Source: a bacterium (GTDB taxonomy: Bacteria; UBA8248). Taken from it: 64,000 bases of DNA. The DNA lies in NCBI GenBank assembly GCA_965202625.1, contig CBDBBI010000010.1:1152001-1216000 (forward strand), read 5' to 3'. How positions within the stretch are numbered: the first letter of the stretch is position 1; every line of letters begins with the position of its first letter. The notes beneath the pieces are model-generated. The model saw nothing but the letters and a program-made list of their open reading frames with translations. It was not told the origin of the DNA and ran no database searches. This document shows, one piece after another, positions 59,985 to 64,000 of the stretch. Made by a program: the position numbers and the translations under genes.

Positions 59985-60662
59985 TTAAGCACCCCTGATT
60001 CTCCGTATGGGCTCGGCATAATCCTTCGCCCCGAACACGGCGGAGCCCGCCACGAGCACCTCCGCGCCCGCCGCGCGTATTTCCGCCGCGTTCTCGGGAG
60101 TGACGCCGCCGTCGACCTCTATCAAAATGGACAACCCTCGCTTCTGGATCATCGCCTTCGCGCGCCGAATCCGATCCAAAGCGGCGGGGATAAATTTCTG
60201 GCCACCAAAGCCCGGATTCACACTCATGATGAGCACCACGTCCACTTCGGAGAGCAAGTCCTCTATCTCGGAAAGCGGCGTTCCGGGGTTCAACGTCAGT
60301 CCGACGCCCAACCCAGAATCGCGGACGCTTTGAAGGGTTCGGTGAATGTGTCTCGACGTCTCCACGTGAACCGTCAGAACATTCGCGCCCGCATTTGCAA
60401 ACGTTTTGATGTATTGATCTGGTTCCGAAATCATCAGGTGCACATCAAGCACCATGTCGGGGGCGGCTCTCCTGGCCGCCTGAACACACAAAGGCCCCAA
60501 GGAAATGTTCGGCACAAAGTGACCGTCCATAACGTCGAAGTGCAGCCAATCAGCACCGGCTTCGCATACAGCCTCTATCTCTTCTCCCATTCTCTCGAAA
60601 GAACAAGACAGCAAAGAAGGTGCCACCCGAACTTTTCCAGCCCCCATTTCAGGCTTGGGCAT
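59985..60662 (-). CDS. rpe: Ribulose-phosphate 3-epimerase
   Basis: HFDVMDGHFVPN, DVHLMI, MSVNPGFGGQ, EVDGG. Confidence 0.97.
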   Translation of the reverse strand: MPKPEMGAGKVRVAPSLLSCSFERMGEEIEAVCEAGADWLHFDVMDGHFVPNISLGPLCVQAARRAAPDMVLDVHLMISEPDQYIKTFANAGANVLTVHVETSRHIHRTLQSVRDSGLGVGLTLNPGTPLSEIEDLLSEVDVVLIMSVNPGFGGQKFIPAALDRIRRAKAMIQKRGLSILIEVDGGVTPENAAEIRAAGAEVLVAGSAVFGAKDYAEPIRRIRGA

Positions 60663-60677
60663 CTTGATTTCCCCGGA

Positions 60678-61616
60678 TCAATGCGCCCGTTCTTCCACAA
60701 GACGGCCATCCAGAAATATACGCGCGCGCGCGCTTCCCTTCACCCGCACGAGCAAATGAATCTCCTCGCCTGCACGCACACTGCGGGACAATTCCTCGCG
60801 CGTCCCGCCATTCGATTCCAACTCCACGCGGAGTTCGCGCTGCGGTTTTCCACCCGGCACGCGATAGCGCAAGACGATGAAATTCCCCGCCACCTGATCC
60901 GCCCCGCGCGCCACGTCCACGTGCACGCGATGGCCCGCCAGGACATGCCGCCCAGGCAGCGGTATCTGAGAGACGACGGAACCCCGCAGGGAACCCGGAC
61001 GATCCACGTAGCGAACGCGCCCGGCCGTGAGGCCAAGAGCACGGACCCGGTCTAGGGCTTCGTTGACGCGCTCCCCAATGAGGGAGGGCATGACGTACGC
61101 CCGCTCACGGGGGCCCTGGCTGACGATAAGCACCACGCCCTCGCCGCGTCTTACGTTCTCCCCCTCATTTGGCCAAACGCCCACAACCTCGTCGATGGTG
61201 CGATTGGAATCAAACACCCTCTCTACCAGACGAACGCGAAGACCTTGCAGGCGGATGAGGGTCTCCGCGCGACTCAGGTTCTCTCCCCGGACCGCGGGGA
61301 CCGCCACGTCTCGCGCGCCTTTGCTCAAGACGAGCGACACGATTCTGCCTTTGCGGATACGGCGCCCGCCGGGAGGATTCTGCCGCACGACGTAATTCAT
61401 GGATACAGCGTCGCTGAAAACGCGCTCGGCGACCCGCATGGGTATTCCCTTCTCTCCCAACAACTCCAGCGCGCGAACCGCGCCCAGTCCCTCGACCTGG
61501 GGCAGAAAAATACCATCTCCCCCCCTGAAAACGTAAAGTCCCGCAGCGCCCCCAAAACCTCCCAGAGTGATGAGAACCACAGCCCAAAGAAAGCTTTTGA
61601 GAATCCCAACCAACAC
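60678..61616 (-). CDS. PASTA domain-containing membrane protein
   Basis: N-terminal TM and three PASTA-like repeats (each ending SKG/SQG/ARG); between rsmB and rpe. Confidence 0.88.
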   Translation of the reverse strand: MLVGILKSFLWAVVLITLGGFGGAAGLYVFRGGDGIFLPQVEGLGAVRALELLGEKGIPMRVAERVFSDAVSMNYVVRQNPPGGRRIRKGRIVSLVLSKGARDVAVPAVRGENLSRAETLIRLQGLRVRLVERVFDSNRTIDEVVGVWPNEGENVRRGEGVVLIVSQGPRERAYVMPSLIGERVNEALDRVRALGLTAGRVRYVDRPGSLRGSVVSQIPLPGRHVLAGHRVHVDVARGADQVAGNFIVLRYRVPGGKPQRELRVELESNGGTREELSRSVRAGEEIHLLVRVKGSARARIFLDGRLVEERAH

Positions 61617-61618
61617 CT

Positions 61619-62980
61619 CTAATCCTCTTTGCGCCAGCTCATGGCGAAAAAGCCGTCAAGTCCCATGCCCGGCGCAATCCACAACGCCCCGTCGGGGCGC
61701 AAAAGACGCCTCGCGCCCTGAGGAAGGGCGCCGCCATCCAAAATGGGGACGAACCCAGACTCCTGAAAAGAGGAAACGACACATTCGGTTTCCTCTGACT
61801 CGTTCGTGCAAACTGCATACACCAGCCTTCCCCCTCGGCGCACCGCACCGGTCACCCCACGCAAAATCGCTATCTGTCGGCGCGCCTGCTCTGCCAAATC
61901 TCCCTCTCTCACCCGCCATCTCGCGTCGGGATGCCTCCTGAGCACACCCAGCCCACTGCATGGCGCGTCAACGAACACCAAGTCGAACGCTTGATGAAAA
62001 GGCGGCTTCATCGCATCCATCCGCAATAGGCGGACGCTTGCGCGAATCCTAGCACAGTTGTTCTTGAGGCGTTTGAGTCGATGAAACGATTCGTCCGCCG
62101 CCACAACGCTCCCCCCGACTCCAGCGGCCCAGGCGAGGCAGGCGGATTTGCCCCCGGGCGCCGCGCAGGCATCCAGAACTCTCTCCCCTGGAGCAGGCGC
62201 AGCGAAACGCGCCGCCATGCTTGAGGCCTCATCCATAACGATGAACTTGCCCTCACGATAAGCCGTCGTATCGCTAAAGCGCGCCCCGGACACACTCTCA
62301 TCGGGAAGAAATATCAAACAATCCGGATCCACGCATCCGGCCCGCGTGATGACTCCCTCGCTCTCCAGTTGCGTCTTCAGGCTTTGGAGACTCACCGCTT
62401 GCGCGTTCACGCGAAAGACGACCGGCGCCTCTTCGTTGTTCGCCCGGCATCGCCTCCGCGTTTGCTCCTCTCCGAGCGCGCGCATCCAGCGCCTCACCAG
62501 CCACCTCGGATGGGATTCCCATACCGTCAAATAATCTTCAACGCTCTCCGGAGGATGGACGTCGCGCTCTGCCACCTTACGCAAAACCGCATTCACCAAT
62601 CCCTTCGCCCAGTCCAGATCTCGACCATTGAGCAAGGAGACGCTGCCATCCACCGCACCGTGCGCGGGGATTCGATCCATAAACAACAGCTGATAGACGC
62701 CCAAGCGCAGCGCTCCACGCACAGAAGGGGCCAGACCCGGTTTGCTCAAAAAATGGCCAAAAACAAAATCCAGTCTATTTCTCCACCTCAGGACGCCATA
62801 GATCAACTCGCGCAAAAACGCGCGGTCCCGCGCGTCGAAATCCGCCGATGAAAACCTCTTGACCAACGCGTCCGCGGGAGCGGGGGCTCTCTCGAAGGCA
62901 AGCAGCGCGGCGTGCGCCGCTCGCCGAACGCGATGGGAGGAACGGACACCTTTCTTTCTCGCCACGGCGTTTCGGCTCAC
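61619..62980 (-). CDS. rsmB: 16S rRNA m5C967 methyltransferase
   Basis: NusB-like N-terminus, DACAAPGGKS, DAPCSGLG, YAVCT, DGFF. Confidence 0.94.
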   Translation of the reverse strand: MSRNAVARKKGVRSSHRVRRAAHAALLAFERAPAPADALVKRFSSADFDARDRAFLRELIYGVLRWRNRLDFVFGHFLSKPGLAPSVRGALRLGVYQLLFMDRIPAHGAVDGSVSLLNGRDLDWAKGLVNAVLRKVAERDVHPPESVEDYLTVWESHPRWLVRRWMRALGEEQTRRRCRANNEEAPVVFRVNAQAVSLQSLKTQLESEGVITRAGCVDPDCLIFLPDESVSGARFSDTTAYREGKFIVMDEASSMAARFAAPAPGERVLDACAAPGGKSACLAWAAGVGGSVVAADESFHRLKRLKNNCARIRASVRLLRMDAMKPPFHQAFDLVFVDAPCSGLGVLRRHPDARWRVREGDLAEQARRQIAILRGVTGAVRRGGRLVYAVCTNESEETECVVSSFQESGFVPILDGGALPQGARRLLRPDGALWIAPGMGLDGFFAMSWRKED

Positions 62981-63924
62981 TCGTCATCTCCCAATAATAG
63001 AGTCGGCCGACATGGGTATCCCCTGGCGAAAGCCCCAGCGACCATCTTTTTCCCACCCGGCGGCTGGACCTCCAGAATCACCAAATCGCCCGCGCCCGTG
63101 GCTACGCGGATTCCCTGTCCTTCGGGCGATTCGGCCATCCCCAAAATCTCGCCGCCACGCCCACCGGAGACTCCCGGAATCGGATAGGCCCGCCATATCC
63201 TCACCGGGCCATTCGCCACACCTGGCCATGGCGTCTCGGCGACTGGCCAGGGATTGAATCCCCTGATCAATCTATCAAGACGGTGCGCCGAGAGGCTCCA
63301 ATCGAGCTTGGCCTCCCTTTTTTCGAGTTTTTCCGCATAGGTGGCCAGGGATGCGTCCTGAGGCTCCTCTTTTACTTCTCCGTACTCGAGCTTCCGCAGC
63401 ACCGCCAACATTTGCTCCGCTCCTAAGGTGGCCAGTTTGTCATGAAGGTCGGTGGAAATATCCCTCGGCCCAATCCACAGGGAACGCCTGGCGAGCACGG
63501 GACCGGCGTCAAGCTCCGGCACAAGGCGCATGACGCAAACCCCCGTTTCAGAATCCCCCGCCACCAAGGCGCGTTGAATCGGCGCTGCACCCCGCCAGCG
63601 GGGCAGAAGCGAGGGATGCAGATTCAACACCCCCCAACGGGGCGTGCGAAGCAGCTTCGTGCTCATAATCTGTCCGTACGCCGCAGCAACACCTACGTCG
63701 GGCCGATATTCCGCTACGTGTGCAGCGCGGATTTTCTGCGGCTGCAAAACGGGGACTCCCATTTCAAGCGCGCGCGCCTTGATGGGCGGCGGCGTGCGCT
63801 TGCGACCTCTACCCGCCGGCCTGTCCGGCTGCGTGAACACAGCCTCCACCTCGACGGGAGACGCTATCAGCGCCTCAAGCGTCGGCACCGCAAAATCGGA
63901 CACGCCAAAGAAAACCGTTCGCAT
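62977..63924 (-). CDS. fmt: Methionyl-tRNA formyltransferase
   Basis: TQPDRPAGRG, NLHPSLLPRWRGAAPIQ, LDAG, FNPWP. Confidence 0.96.
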   Translation of the reverse strand: MRTVFFGVSDFAVPTLEALIASPVEVEAVFTQPDRPAGRGRKRTPPPIKARALEMGVPVLQPQKIRAAHVAEYRPDVGVAAAYGQIMSTKLLRTPRWGVLNLHPSLLPRWRGAAPIQRALVAGDSETGVCVMRLVPELDAGPVLARRSLWIGPRDISTDLHDKLATLGAEQMLAVLRKLEYGEVKEEPQDASLATYAEKLEKREAKLDWSLSAHRLDRLIRGFNPWPVAETPWPGVANGPVRIWRAYPIPGVSGGRGGEILGMAESPEGQGIRVATGAGDLVILEVQPPGGKKMVAGAFARGYPCRPTLLLGDDE

Positions 63925-64000
63925 GGATCGCTCCCAGGAAAAATCGCGCGCCAACGGACGAGGGAAGCGGTGCTCTCTAAGTGACGGCCCTCGCCTGCTT

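Overview
GC-rich bacterial chromosomal segment, mostly housekeeping, with accessory blocks. No CRISPR array, prophage or intact transposase is visible. In order: a truncated xanthine-dehydrogenase-family Mo subunit (missed by the ORF track), queF, a Zn-dehydrogenase, an RND efflux pair, an orphan 2-oxoacid dehydrogenase E1 alpha/beta pair, a RibD-C reductase, a six-gene + strand run (MBL hydrolase, VOC protein, MauG-type di-haem peroxidase, two c-type cytochromes, beta-propeller), a secreted ankyrin/PG-binding/trypsin protein, an FGE-like protein, a cupin, a CoA-transferase III and a NitT/TauT ABC pair. These are followed by a large heat-shock operon (clpB-dnaK-cbpA-hspR-htpX-grpE-dnaJ-DUF1844-rpoZ), an IscA/ErpA protein, MarR-LLM-cyclase, YccA, MotB/OmpA, an M16 peptidase, tRNA-Leu(CAG), two pseudogenes, ribF, tolC-ruvX-mltG-romR-like-valS-birA-coaX and the fmt-rsmB-PASTA-rpe-ffh-rpsP-rimM-trmD-rplS-rnhB-yraN region. 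The main hidden signal is a convergent pair of probable selenoprotein genes at 34.7-36.5 kb that the ORF track truncates at UGA: a CUAEP-tail radical SAM enzyme and a UxxC ArsC-like protein, each with a SECIS-like hairpin. Gene order, the ankyrin protein and the pseudogenes suggest a host-associated (possibly sponge) deltaproteobacteria-like, Nitrospinota- or Tectomicrobia-type organism; this is inference only. All calls come from motif recognition by eye; no database searches were run.
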